The notes beneath the pieces were generated by a model that did not search any database, was not told the origin of the DNA, and worked only from the letters and a program-made list of their open reading frames with translations. A program made the translations under genes and the position numbers. DNA of 32,388 nt from an uncultured Oscillospiraceae bacterium (GTDB lineage Bacteria; Bacillota; Clostridia; Oscillospirales; Ruminococcaceae). Location of the stretch: contig CAZFQM010000001.1 in the NCBI GenBank assembly GCA_964520995.1, positions 1 to 32,388 on the forward strand, in the 5' to 3' direction. This document shows positions 1 through 9,006 of the stretch, piece by piece; within the stretch, counting starts at the first letter, position 1, and every line of letters starts with the position of its first letter.

Positions 1-651
1 TACGACCGTTTGAAGCGTAGGAGTTTCCACCTCGATAAATTTCCGATCGTCCAGGTAATTACGAATCTCCCGAATGATACGGCTGCGATTGATAAAGGTT
101 TCCCGCACATCCGGATTTACAATCAAGTCAACATACCGTTGCCGATACCGCAGCTCGGTATCCTTTAAGCCATGCCACTTTTCGGGCAGGGGGAGCAACG
201 ATTTGGACAACAGCTTAATGCTCTTTGCGTGTACCGAGATTTCACCGGTCTGGGTTCGAAACACAAAGCCCTCAATTCCGATAATGTCTCCGATATCCCA
301 CTTTTTAAAGTCTGCGTAAACCTCTTCGCCCACATCATCGCGGCGAACATAGGATTGCATTTTTCCGGTTACGTCCTGCAGATGGCAGAAGCTGGCTTTT
401 CCCATAATTCTGCGGCTCATCATCCGTCCCGCAATCGATACGGTCTTGCCCTCAAGCTCTTCAAAGCGCTCTCTGATTTCTTCGGCAGCGGCAGTAACAT
501 CATAGGTTGTCAGCTGATACGGGTCTGCACCGCGCTCCTTTAAGGCCGCAAGCTTTTCCCGACGAATCCGCACCTGCTCATTATATTCCTCTGCCGTCGG
601 CGGTGCCGCTTCGGGAGCTGCACTCTGTCCGTGATTCTTGTTTTCGCTCAT
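1..651 (-). CDS. lysS: Lysyl-tRNA synthetase, N-terminal part; the C-terminus lies beyond the window edge
   Basis: My minus-strand translation from the ATG at 651 gives MSENKNHGQS...RIRREKLAALKERGADPY...GKASFCHLQD...GDIIGIEGFVFRTQTGEISV...LRYRQRYVDLI, a class II LysRS anticodon-binding N-domain. It sits downstream of greA, as in many Firmicutes. It is absent from the ORF track because it is truncated. Confidence 0.88.
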   Translation of the reverse strand, partial: MSENKNHGQSAAPEAAPPTAEEYNEQVRIRREKLAALKERGADPYQLTTYDVTAAAEEIRERFEELEGKTVSIAGRMMSRRIMGKASFCHLQDVTGKMQSYVRRDDVGEEVYADFKKWDIGDIIGIEGFVFRTQTGEISVHAKSIKLLSKSLLPLPEKWHGLKDTELRYRQRYVDLIVNPDVRETFINRSRIIREIRNYLDDRKFIEVETPTLQTVV

Positions 652-695
652 TGTCAAATTCCTTTCCTTACTCCCTAAAACGGGGTCAAGCTCCT

Positions 696-1175
696 TTATT
701 TTGTGATTTCCAGCACTTCATACAAGCATACGCCGCCCGGTGTTTCCACCTCTACAACATCACCGACCTTGTGTCCGAGCAAGCTCTGTCCTACCGGAGA
801 TTCATCCGAAATTCTGCCCGACATCGGGTCTGCCTCGGTGGAGCCCACGATTTGATAATCCACTTCCTCGTCAAAATCCTTGTCGAACAATTTCACCTTA
901 GAGCCTACCGACACCATATCGTTGGACAACTCATCCTCATCCAAAATCTTCACGTTTTTCAGCATCGCTTCAATCTGTACAATTCTGGACTCTACCAAAG
1001 CCTGTTCGTTTTTTGCTTCATCATATTCGCTGTTTTCGGAAAGATCTCCGAAAGACAGAGCTACTTTAATTTTATCCGCAACCTCCTTACGTGTTACGGT
1101 TTTCAGCTGTTCCAGCTCTTCCTCCAGCTTTTTCAGACCCTCGTCTGTCAGAATCGTCTGTTTTGCATTAGCCAT
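696..1175 (-). CDS. greA: Transcription elongation factor GreA
   Basis: The 159-aa [28 protein letters not shown]...[10 protein letters not shown]...[14 protein letters not shown] has a typical GreA coiled-coil plus C-terminal domain. Confidence 0.95.
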   Translation of the reverse strand: MANAKQTILTDEGLKKLEEELEQLKTVTRKEVADKIKVALSFGDLSENSEYDEAKNEQALVESRIVQIEAMLKNVKILDEDELSNDMVSVGSKVKLFDKDFDEEVDYQIVGSTEADPMSGRISDESPVGQSLLGHKVGDVVEVETPGGVCLYEVLEITK

Positions 1176-1197
1176 TTATATTCTCATTCCTTTCTTT

Positions 1198-1228
1198 GGC
1201 TCTGCGAAAAACGGATATCCGCAAAGCC
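1198..1228 (-). promoter_or_regulatory. Terminator-like or alternative hairpin in the greA 5' leader
   Basis: The minus strand reads GGCTTTGCGGATATCCGTTTTTCGCAGAGCC. The inner palindrome CGGATATCCG is followed by T5, and the outer arms GGCTTTGCG/CGCAGAGCC match at 8 of 9 positions. Confidence 0.35.
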
Positions 1229-1290
1229 AATAGACACTCGTTTTTTTCTTTCCGCACCGCAACAGCACGGGATTTGAATATATATTTTCT

Positions 1291-1319
1291 ATTATAGTAA
1301 AATTTGCCGATGTTGTCAA
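1291..1319 (-). promoter_or_regulatory. Consensus sigma-A-type promoter upstream of greA
   Basis: The minus strand reads TTGACA, a 17-nt spacer, then TATAAT (-35 at 1314-1319, -10 at 1291-1296). Confidence 0.6.
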
Positions 1320-1338
1320 GAAAAAGCCGAAATCGCCT

Positions 1339-2166
1339 TTAAAAGCCCTTGAAATCGACCTGTTCGGCAATCATCACCCCGTTTTCCATGATGCTGCAGG
1401 AGGTGGGAACCGCTTTTCCCAATCGCTCGACATGGCAACAATGATAAAGCGCGGCGGCATAGGCAAAATCGTCAATTCCGTTCGGCTTGTACTCCGCGTA
1501 GCGCTGCGGGAGCGGAGCGCGAAAATCGCTCATCACCGTTCCGTAGATTCGTGCGCCCTTCTCCACTACCCCGCTGACCATCGGCGGACGGAGCGGTCTG
1601 CCGATCGGGAAAGCAGACGCCAATCGTTTGGTCAGTATCGGCGCCAACAGCAGCGTGTTGTCCTCCGGTGCCTCTACCTGCTCCGAAGCCAAGACCACCG
1701 CACCGTATTCCTCCAAGGCATTTTCGGCAAAGCGTTCATATTCCTCCCGCTTTGCGGTAACAATCTTTAGTCTGCCGCAATATTTCAGCGCCATTCTCGC
1801 ATAATCGAAAAAAGCCGCATTTTCGTCAAGCAACAGCACCTTAATATCCTTTTGCCGCATGGTCAAGCCGCGCAAAAGCTGCTCCGCCGCATTGCAAGCC
1901 AGCCGATATGCATAAGGCGCCGTATCGGGCGGAGAGATACCGAACTCGGGCGGCGGCAGAGGAATATCCTCCGCAACCAGCGTCCGTCCCGCCGTTTTCC
2001 CCAGAATGCCCGCAATCCGCTTCCAATCCGGCTTTTCCTTGTCGTTCACCGTCAGCACCATAAAGCGCACGCCACCCTCACTGACTGTCTCCAAGAAATA
2101 TTTCCGCCGAACAAACAGCCTCGCCAAGCCCTTTCGCTGATTTTCACACCGCAGTATCGTAAACAT
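1339..2166 (-). CDS. Hypothetical protein with no recognisable family
   Basis: A 275-aa ORF fills the gap between greA and the Ctp protease. The alternative start at M36 (coordinate 2061) has a GAGGGTGG Shine-Dalgarno-like sequence upstream. Confidence 0.55.
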   Translation of the reverse strand: MFTILRCENQRKGLARLFVRRKYFLETVSEGGVRFMVLTVNDKEKPDWKRIAGILGKTAGRTLVAEDIPLPPPEFGISPPDTAPYAYRLACNAAEQLLRGLTMRQKDIKVLLLDENAAFFDYARMALKYCGRLKIVTAKREEYERFAENALEEYGAVVLASEQVEAPEDNTLLLAPILTKRLASAFPIGRPLRPPMVSGVVEKGARIYGTVMSDFRAPLPQRYAEYKPNGIDDFAYAAALYHCCHVERLGKAVPTSCSIMENGVMIAEQVDFKGF

Positions 2167-2340
2167 AAAGCACCCCGCAAAAAACGATAATACCGCTTCC
2201 CATCGGCGAAAACGGTATCATGAAATCATATACCGAAGTGCAGATAAAACCCGTCGGATTCTATCGGCACTTCTGTTCATGTATATGCAAATAAAGGTGC
2301 TCTTATTCCGAATTTTAACGGTAGCAGCTTGCCACCGTTG

Positions 2341-3537
2341 CTATTCCTTTTCTGCGGCGGAGACGACCTCAATCGCTTTTTTCAGCTGCGGGTCGCTTGT
2401 CTCATCCAAATCATTAAAGTTCTTTTCCTGCTCCTGGGTCAATGACACCGGGAAGTCCGCCTTAATGCCCACACCGTGGAAATTTTCGCTCTTGGGCGGG
2501 TCGAAATACGCCGTTGTGATTCGAATCGCACTGCCGTCGCTCAGGTCATACAGGGTCTGCATAATTCCTTTTCCGTAGGTGGTGGTACCGACCGATTGCG
2601 CCTTGCCGAAGTCCTTGAGTGCCGCGACAAAAAGCTCCGATGCGCTTGCGGTATTTCCGTTGGTGATTGTCACCATCGGCAGATCAACCTGCTTGGCATC
2701 CGAAGTGTACAGCGCCTCCTTGTTGCCGCTCTTGTCCCGCTTATAGACCACAACACCGGACGGAAGCAGCTTGTCCAGCATTTTTTCCACCGAATCCAAA
2801 GTGCCGCCGCCGTTGTTGCGCAGATCGAAAATCAATCCCTCTGCCCCTTTGGCAACGCAATCATCCACTGCTTTGGAAAATTGGTCGATGGTATTGGTGG
2901 TAAAGTCCTCTATTTTAATGTAGCCGTTTTTGTCGATCATCCGATAGCTGACCGTCGGGATTTCCACCTTTTTGCGCACCAGCTCCAAATCGGTGTCAAC
3001 GCCGTCCCGCCGATAGGTAAGCTTCACCTTAGTGCCTGCCTCGCCCGAAATTTTACCGATCGACTCGTTGTAGCCGACCACCAAAACGTCCTCGCCCTCT
3101 ATCTTGACAATCAAGTCATCGGCGGCAAGCTTCGCCTCGCTTGCGGGGGAATTGTCATACACCCGCTGGATTTTGATATATCCGCTGGTATCCTGGGTGG
3201 CAGATACGCCGATTCCCACCAGCGCGCCCTCGCTGCTGAGCTTCTCCTTTTTCAGATCGGTAGAGTTGAAATAATGCGCATAATTATCGTCCAAGCCCTC
3301 CAAATAGCCGGTCGCGATTGCATCCATCAGCTCATCGTCATCAATGTCTCCCACAAAATGCTGTGCAACAAGGGAGTCGATCTCCTCGATTTTCGAATAA
3401 ATACGTTCCCGCTCGGTCACCCGCCCGATTTTTCCGTTGAATTTCTGCATCGAAAAAATCATCGTTATCACAAAGGTGACTGCCGCAACGATTCCCATAA
3501 AGCAGACTGCGGCACCTAATGATATTTTTTTATTCAT
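2341..3537 (-). CDS. Carboxy-terminal processing protease (S41 family, PDZ domain, CtpA/CtpB-like)
   Basis: It has an N-terminal TM segment, a PDZ-like region, and the DLRNNGGG and TASASE motifs. I moved the start to MNKK (3537) because GGAG lies 6 nt upstream. Confidence 0.9.
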   Translation of the reverse strand: MNKKISLGAAVCFMGIVAAVTFVITMIFSMQKFNGKIGRVTERERIYSKIEEIDSLVAQHFVGDIDDDELMDAIATGYLEGLDDNYAHYFNSTDLKKEKLSSEGALVGIGVSATQDTSGYIKIQRVYDNSPASEAKLAADDLIVKIEGEDVLVVGYNESIGKISGEAGTKVKLTYRRDGVDTDLELVRKKVEIPTVSYRMIDKNGYIKIEDFTTNTIDQFSKAVDDCVAKGAEGLIFDLRNNGGGTLDSVEKMLDKLLPSGVVVYKRDKSGNKEALYTSDAKQVDLPMVTITNGNTASASELFVAALKDFGKAQSVGTTTYGKGIMQTLYDLSDGSAIRITTAYFDPPKSENFHGVGIKADFPVSLTQEQEKNFNDLDETSDPQLKKAIEVVSAAEKE

Positions 3538-3602
3538 GACAAACTCCATTCTGCAGTGAAGCGTTCGGTATGCTCCCTGCTTTTGATTTTATCTGAAGCG
3601 AT

Positions 3603-4787
3603 TTACGGCAATTGTACATACTTGATCGGATTAACATACTTTCCGTTGATGCGCACCTCAAAGTGCAGATGTGCGCCGAAGGAATTTCCGGTATTTCCCG
3701 CCTTGGCGATGACCTGTCCCTGCGTTACCGTGTCCCCCACCGAAACCAGCACCTGGCTGGCATGGGCGTAGAGGGTGGAATATCCGTTTCCGTCGCTGCC
3801 CTTTCCGTGGTCGATGATAACATAATTTCCGTATCCCTTGGTCGGACTTGTCTTTACCGTTTTGATGACCGTGCCCTTTTTGGAGGCTACTATCGGAACG
3901 CCGTAGCTGTTCCCGTTGGAAATGTCAATACCCTTGTGATAATCGGTGTTATTCCAACGCCAGCCAAAGCCGGAGGAAATGTAGGACCGCTTTGCGGAGA
4001 ACGGCCACATCCAGCCGCCGGGAGAGAGAGTTCCGGACGGGGTCGTGCTGTCATACAGCTTTTGCAGCTCAGCCTGCGCCTCCGCCTCCTCCTTATCCAG
4101 CTTTGCCTTGTCGCTTTGGTAAGCTTTCTTCTCGGCATTGATGGCAGCCATATATTTTTCGCTCTTGGCATAAGAGGAATCCAGCGTGCTTTTCTTGGAG
4201 GAGAGGGTCTTTTGATTGCTCTCCACCTTTGCCTTGCTTTCCTCAATCTCCTTTTTCGCCGCCTCAATATCCTCTTTTTCGGCGGCAAGTCGGTCAATCA
4301 GCTCCTGATCCCGCTTGGCAATTGATTGTATCATCTCGGTATGGGTCAGAAGGTCGGTGAAGCTTTCCGCCGAGAAAATAACCATCAGCAACGAATTATC
4401 ACCCGCAAGCTGCATTGCCTCAAGCCGTTCCTTCATCAGCTCGAAATTCTCGTCGATATCGGCGGTTTTCGCCTCAATCTCTTTTTCCTTTGCCGCGATT
4501 TTATTGTTGTATAAGGTAATCTGGCTATTCAGACTGTCAATCTGCTTTTCCAAGCTATCAATCTGGCTGTTGAGTGCCTCCTGATACTCTTTTTGCTTCT
4601 TTTCATCCTTTGCCAGGTTGTTGATTTTGTTTTGCAGCTCCTTTTGCTCCTTTTCCAGCTTTTCAATCTGTGCCTGGAGTGCACTTTCGCTGGCGGCAAA
4701 GGTCGGGACGATCGCCGCGCTGACCGCACCGATCAGCATCAGGAGCACCAGTATCAATGAAATGATCCGAACCTTTTTGGAGTTCAT
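3603..4787 (-). CDS. Coiled-coil M23/LytM metallopeptidase (EnvC-like; candidate FtsEX-controlled hydrolase)
   Basis: It has a signal/TM segment and a long heptad-like K/E/Q-rich region. The C-terminal LytM domain carries HKGIDI (HxxxD) and GAHLHFEV (HxH). Confidence 0.9.
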   Translation of the reverse strand: MNSKKVRIISLILVLLMLIGAVSAAIVPTFAASESALQAQIEKLEKEQKELQNKINNLAKDEKKQKEYQEALNSQIDSLEKQIDSLNSQITLYNNKIAAKEKEIEAKTADIDENFELMKERLEAMQLAGDNSLLMVIFSAESFTDLLTHTEMIQSIAKRDQELIDRLAAEKEDIEAAKKEIEESKAKVESNQKTLSSKKSTLDSSYAKSEKYMAAINAEKKAYQSDKAKLDKEEAEAQAELQKLYDSTTPSGTLSPGGWMWPFSAKRSYISSGFGWRWNNTDYHKGIDISNGNSYGVPIVASKKGTVIKTVKTSPTKGYGNYVIIDHGKGSDGNGYSTLYAHASQVLVSVGDTVTQGQVIAKAGNTGNSFGAHLHFEVRINGKYVNPIKYVQLP

Positions 4788-4824
4788 TCTATCACCTTTC
4801 CTTTCCTCCGAGCAGCTTACTCCG

Positions 4825-5730
4825 CTATACCTTTAAATGGGAGCGGACACTGATCACACTGCCGAGCATTCCCGTCAGGATTCCCGCAACGGCAAAGCAG
4901 CCGCCCAAGCCGAGAGCAACCTCTTTAAAGGGCAGTACCCGCTGCATCATGCTTGCCAAGAAGGTAATCGTGCTGCTTCCCATGATTGCATTCACCAGCA
5001 TTCCGTAGCCGCACCAAATAATCAAAAACGCCAACACTGCCGAGATTAACCCCAGCAGCAAGCCCTCCACCATAAACGGAAAGCGGATAAAGTTATCGGT
5101 CGCACCGACATACTTCATAATATTGATCTCCTTGCGTCGGGTAAAGACCGCCGCACGGATGGTATTTGCAATAATGACCAGCGACACCAGCACCAGCGTC
5201 AGAATGATCGCGCCGCCGAACAGGTTGACCATATCCTTAATTTTCACGATGGCATCCGCAAAATCCTTATAAAAGCTGACCTGCTTGACACCGTCGATTT
5301 TCCTGATTGCGGCAACGGTGTCGGTGATTTTTTCCAAATCCTTTTCCTTTACGGTATAATAAGCACAATAGGGATTGTCGGTCTCCTCGTCCAACAATGC
5401 CGCCGCCGAGCCCAGCTTCTCCTTTTGCAGTTGAAACACCTCGGCACGGTCAAAGTAGATAACTTCCTTTAAATCGGAGATCTGCCGCAGCTCGGACTCG
5501 ATTTCGATATTCCGCTCCTCGGTGTTCTCCTTTTCAAGGAAAACCACAATTTCGTTTTGATCCTCCAAATAGCCGACCATACTGTTGACGTTCTGCGAAA
5601 ACAGCATGGCAAACCCCACAATCAGCAGGCAGGCTGTCAACACGCCGACCGAGGCAAAGGTCATCAACCGATTGGTCCAAAGGTTCTTGACGCCTTCTTT
5701 AAACAGATATTTCAAGCTTCCGCCGTTCAT
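4825..5730 (-). CDS. ftsX: Cell-division ABC transporter permease-like protein FtsX
   Basis: The 301-aa ORF has the FtsX topology: TM1, a large extracellular loop, then three C-terminal TMs. Its start overlaps the ftsE stop (ATGA). Confidence 0.9.
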   Translation of the reverse strand: MNGGSLKYLFKEGVKNLWTNRLMTFASVGVLTACLLIVGFAMLFSQNVNSMVGYLEDQNEIVVFLEKENTEERNIEIESELRQISDLKEVIYFDRAEVFQLQKEKLGSAAALLDEETDNPYCAYYTVKEKDLEKITDTVAAIRKIDGVKQVSFYKDFADAIVKIKDMVNLFGGAIILTLVLVSLVIIANTIRAAVFTRRKEINIMKYVGATDNFIRFPFMVEGLLLGLISAVLAFLIIWCGYGMLVNAIMGSSTITFLASMMQRVLPFKEVALGLGGCFAVAGILTGMLGSVISVRSHLKV

Positions 5731-6506
5731 TCGCTCTCCACCTCTTTCCTCTCGGTCATGGGTCGAGCGATTTCGACGGTTTTATCCATCTCCTGTTGCT
5801 GTCTTTTTCTTTTTTCCTCCAGCATTTTTTCCTTTTCGCCCTTGATATACCGGTCGAACACCACCCTGCCGTTCTCGATTTGGATTGTGCGACCTCCGAA
5901 ATATTTAACGATATCATGCTCATGGGTGACCATCAGCACCGTTGTTCCGCACTTGTTAATCTGGATGAGCAGCTCCACGATTTCATAAGAAAGCTCCGGG
6001 TCAATGTTGCCGGTCGGCTCATCTGCAATAATCAGCGGCGGGTCATTCACCAGCGCTCTGGCAACCGCAACCCGCTGTTGCTCACCGCCCGACAGCTCAT
6101 GCGGATACCGCTTTGCCTTGGGAAGCAGATCCATCAGCTCCAGCACATAAGGCACCCGTGTCCGTATCTGCTTTTGCGGCGTGCCGGTCACACGGAGCGC
6201 AAAAGCGACATTGTCGTAGATATTCATGGTCGGTATCAAGCGGAAATCCTGAAAAACAAAGCCGACCGAACGCCGAAACTGCGGAATGTTTTTCCGCTTC
6301 AGGCTGTTCAGCTGATATCCGTTGACCGATACCGTCCCTTTTGTGGCGGTCTTTTCCCGCAGCAACAATTTCAAAATGGAGCTTTTTCCGGCTCCCGATG
6401 CGCCGACAATATAAGCCATTTCTCCGTCTGCAATGTGCAGATTGATATCATGGAGCGCAGTAGTTCCGTTTTCATATTGTAAAGAAACATCGTTTAATTC
6501 AATCAT
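5727..6506 (-). CDS. ftsE: Cell-division ATP-binding protein FtsE, with a charged C-terminal extension of about 30 aa
   Basis: Walker A is GASGAGKSS, the signature is LSGGEQQRV, and Walker B is LIIADEPT. The N-terminus MIELNDVSLQY is typical of FtsE. Confidence 0.92.
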   Translation of the reverse strand: MIELNDVSLQYENGTTALHDINLHIADGEMAYIVGASGAGKSSILKLLLREKTATKGTVSVNGYQLNSLKRKNIPQFRRSVGFVFQDFRLIPTMNIYDNVAFALRVTGTPQKQIRTRVPYVLELMDLLPKAKRYPHELSGGEQQRVAVARALVNDPPLIIADEPTGNIDPELSYEIVELLIQINKCGTTVLMVTHEHDIVKYFGGRTIQIENGRVVFDRYIKGEKEKMLEEKRKRQQQEMDKTVEIARPMTERKEVESE

Positions 6507-6950
6507 ATTGGATGCGGCATGCTCTTCCCCGCCTATCCGAAAGCCGCAGGAAGCAGTATGCCCAACACACCACCTTGTATTTTTTTCAAAGGAAGCATCT
6601 ACGCCGAACAGGCTCCCTGCTACAAAGACAAGTCAAAAGCGCAGAAAGCTTCCCCGCAAAACAGCATGACAGAGCAGGCGGCTCTGTTCTCTTCCGAAAT
6701 CATCCTCAACCGGTCGAAGCCGCCCGAACAATAATATGATAAAAAGGGACAAGCCCCTTGTTATATTCTAAGGTAATATCGTCTGTCCTCGACAAAGCAA
6801 CCGTCTTGCCGCCGTTTAAAACAGACAAAGAAGTTTTTCCGACATTCAATCGGAGAGCAAGAGCAAATACAAAGCCCGCGATAGCAATTACGGGCAGAAC
6901 ACCAAGATGTCTGCCCGTAGCCTGCTATTACTGAAAATTCAATTGCATCA

Positions 6951-8036
6951 TCAATACTTTACAGGATTGGACGTCAAGTATTTTTTAACCATCAACGCAA
7001 TCTTAAAGACGATAGCATGGTCAAATTCTCTTAAATCTAAGCCTGTCAATTTTTTAATTTTCTCCAAGCGGTAAACCAGCGTATTTCTGTGCACAAACAG
7101 CTTTCTGGAGGTTTCGGAAACATTCAAATTGTTCTCGAAAAAGCGATGGATGGTAAACAGCGTTTCATGGTCAAGAGAGTCGATAGAGCCCTGCTTAAAT
7201 ACTTCCTTTAAGAAAGTCTCGCAGAGAGTGGTCGGCAGCTGATAAATCAAACGGGCAATGCCCAGGTTGTCATAGCTTACGATAGACTCATCGGTATCGA
7301 ACACCTTACCGACCTCCAAAGCAACCTGTGCTTCTTTAAAGGAGCGGGCAAGGTCCTTAATGCCGACAACGCCGGTTCCGATGCCGACAGTCGCACGGGT
7401 ATAGAACTCACTGCTCAGCGTATCCACGATAGAGCGAGCAAGCTTTTCCAAATCCTTGCTGTCGATATTCGGCTTGGTCTCCTTAATCAAAACGATCTCA
7501 TTCTCACTGATATTGAAAACAAAGTCCTTATTTTTATCGGGGAAGAGGTTCTGAATAACATCGTATGCCGAAACATCGTTTGTGGACAAAATCCGAATCA
7601 AGAACGCAACACGTGCAACATCCGCATTGAAGTGAAGCTCTCTCGCCTTTACATAGATATCGCCCGGCAGAATGTTATCCATGACCACGTTTTTGATAAA
7701 GTTATTGCGGTCATATTTTTCATCGTAGTACTGCTTAATGCTGGAAAGGGTAATGGTCAAAATCTGCGCGTATTTTGCCGCCGTGTCATCCACACCCTCC
7801 ACGAAAACGGCATAATCCGGCTTAATGTGCTGACCGAACGGCTTATAGGTGTATCCGTCCCGAATAAAGGTGTCGTGAGAATCCGCATTTTCCAAGGAAA
7901 TAAATTCATTGGTCAAGCCGATTTTAGAAAGCTCACTGCACGCAATAATATTTGCCTGATCATCCACAACACCGATGACTCGGTCGATGGTATCCTTCAT
8001 TTGATGAATCAAGCCTTGAAACAACCTGTTAGACAT
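6951..8036 (-). CDS. CdaR/PucR-family transcriptional regulator
   Basis: The C-terminal PucR-type HTH reads ETSRKLFVHRNTLVYRLEKIKKLTGLD, and the N-terminus resembles a diacid-recognition domain. I chose the start at MSNRLF (8036) because GGAGG lies upstream. Confidence 0.82.
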   Translation of the reverse strand: MSNRLFQGLIHQMKDTIDRVIGVVDDQANIIACSELSKIGLTNEFISLENADSHDTFIRDGYTYKPFGQHIKPDYAVFVEGVDDTAAKYAQILTITLSSIKQYYDEKYDRNNFIKNVVMDNILPGDIYVKARELHFNADVARVAFLIRILSTNDVSAYDVIQNLFPDKNKDFVFNISENEIVLIKETKPNIDSKDLEKLARSIVDTLSSEFYTRATVGIGTGVVGIKDLARSFKEAQVALEVGKVFDTDESIVSYDNLGIARLIYQLPTTLCETFLKEVFKQGSIDSLDHETLFTIHRFFENNLNVSETSRKLFVHRNTLVYRLEKIKKLTGLDLREFDHAIVFKIALMVKKYLTSNPVKY

Positions 8037-8517
8037 AATCCAAACCTCCAATATATTTCCCGGCAAAATTGATCTATCCGAATTCGCCGCCGTAAAACGA
8101 ATCCGTGCCCTTGTTCGATATCATATTTCGGGAAAAATTCCATATAATAATAGTTTACATAAAAAATCAAAAAAAATCAAGGCTTATTTTTCAAAAAAAT
8201 GCCGTAAAAAGCAGAATTTATTGCTTTTTTGTGCGCAAAAGAACGTTTTTTTCAATTTTTGAATAAAAAGCTACAAAACCACCCTAATATATTACAAATT
8301 GTAACATATTTATTCTTTTAATGTGTGAATAAAAGTTGAATATTAAAAAGAAATGTGAAAGAGCTTCCTTTTAAAATATATGCACCGTTCTTTTTGCTTT
8401 CCCCCTTGTTTTTTCGGCATAACAATGATAAAATAAGGGTAACTCTCTTTATGAAAGGCGGTTGAAAACAAAATGCCGATGTGACGGAGCAAAAGTATCG
8501 GCAATTTGAAAGAAAAT

Positions 8518-9006
8518 ATGTCAGTTGATGCAGTGAAAAAATATTTAAGAACATGGGACAAGCAGGACGATGTGCTGGAATTCGACACCTCCAGTGCAAC
8601 GGTGGAGCTTGCCGCGCAGGCGCTGGGCGTGGAGCCGGCGCGAATTGCCAAAACCATCTCCTTACAGTATGAGGACAGCGCGATTCTGATTGTAACCGCA
8701 GGCGATGCGAAAATTGACAACAAAAAGTTTAAGGCGCAATTCGAAACCAAGGCAAAAATGCTTACTCCGGAGGATGTGCTGAAATTCGTCGGGCACGCAA
8801 TCGGCGGGGTCTGCCCGTTTGCGGTGGCGGATCCGACTGTTAAAACCTACACCGACATCTCTCTGCGGCGGTTCGACACGGTTTACCCCGCCTGCGGCAG
8901 CAGCAATTCAGCCATTCTTCTCAATTGCGACGAGCTGTTCGAAATTGCGGACAGCCAAGGCTGGGTGGATGTCTGCAAGGGCTGGGAGGATGCCCCGGAG
9001 GATTAA
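8518..9006 (+). CDS. YbaK/EbsC-family aminoacyl-tRNA deacylase-like protein
   Basis: MSVDAVKKYL...ATVELAAQALGVEPARIAKT...GHAIGGVCPF is typical of the YbaK/ProRS-associated domain. I preferred the ATG at 8518 over the TTG at 8506. Confidence 0.78.
   Translation: MSVDAVKKYLRTWDKQDDVLEFDTSSATVELAAQALGVEPARIAKTISLQYEDSAILIVTAGDAKIDNKKFKAQFETKAKMLTPEDVLKFVGHAIGGVCPFAVADPTVKTYTDISLRRFDTVYPACGSSNSAILLNCDELFEIADSQGWVDVCKGWEDAPED

Noticed and set aside
6540-6570. CAGGAAGCAG in the ftsE upstream spacer, which resembles the SRP RNA core.
   Set aside because: It is only a short partial match with no flanking helix 8 complementarity, and is most likely coincidental.
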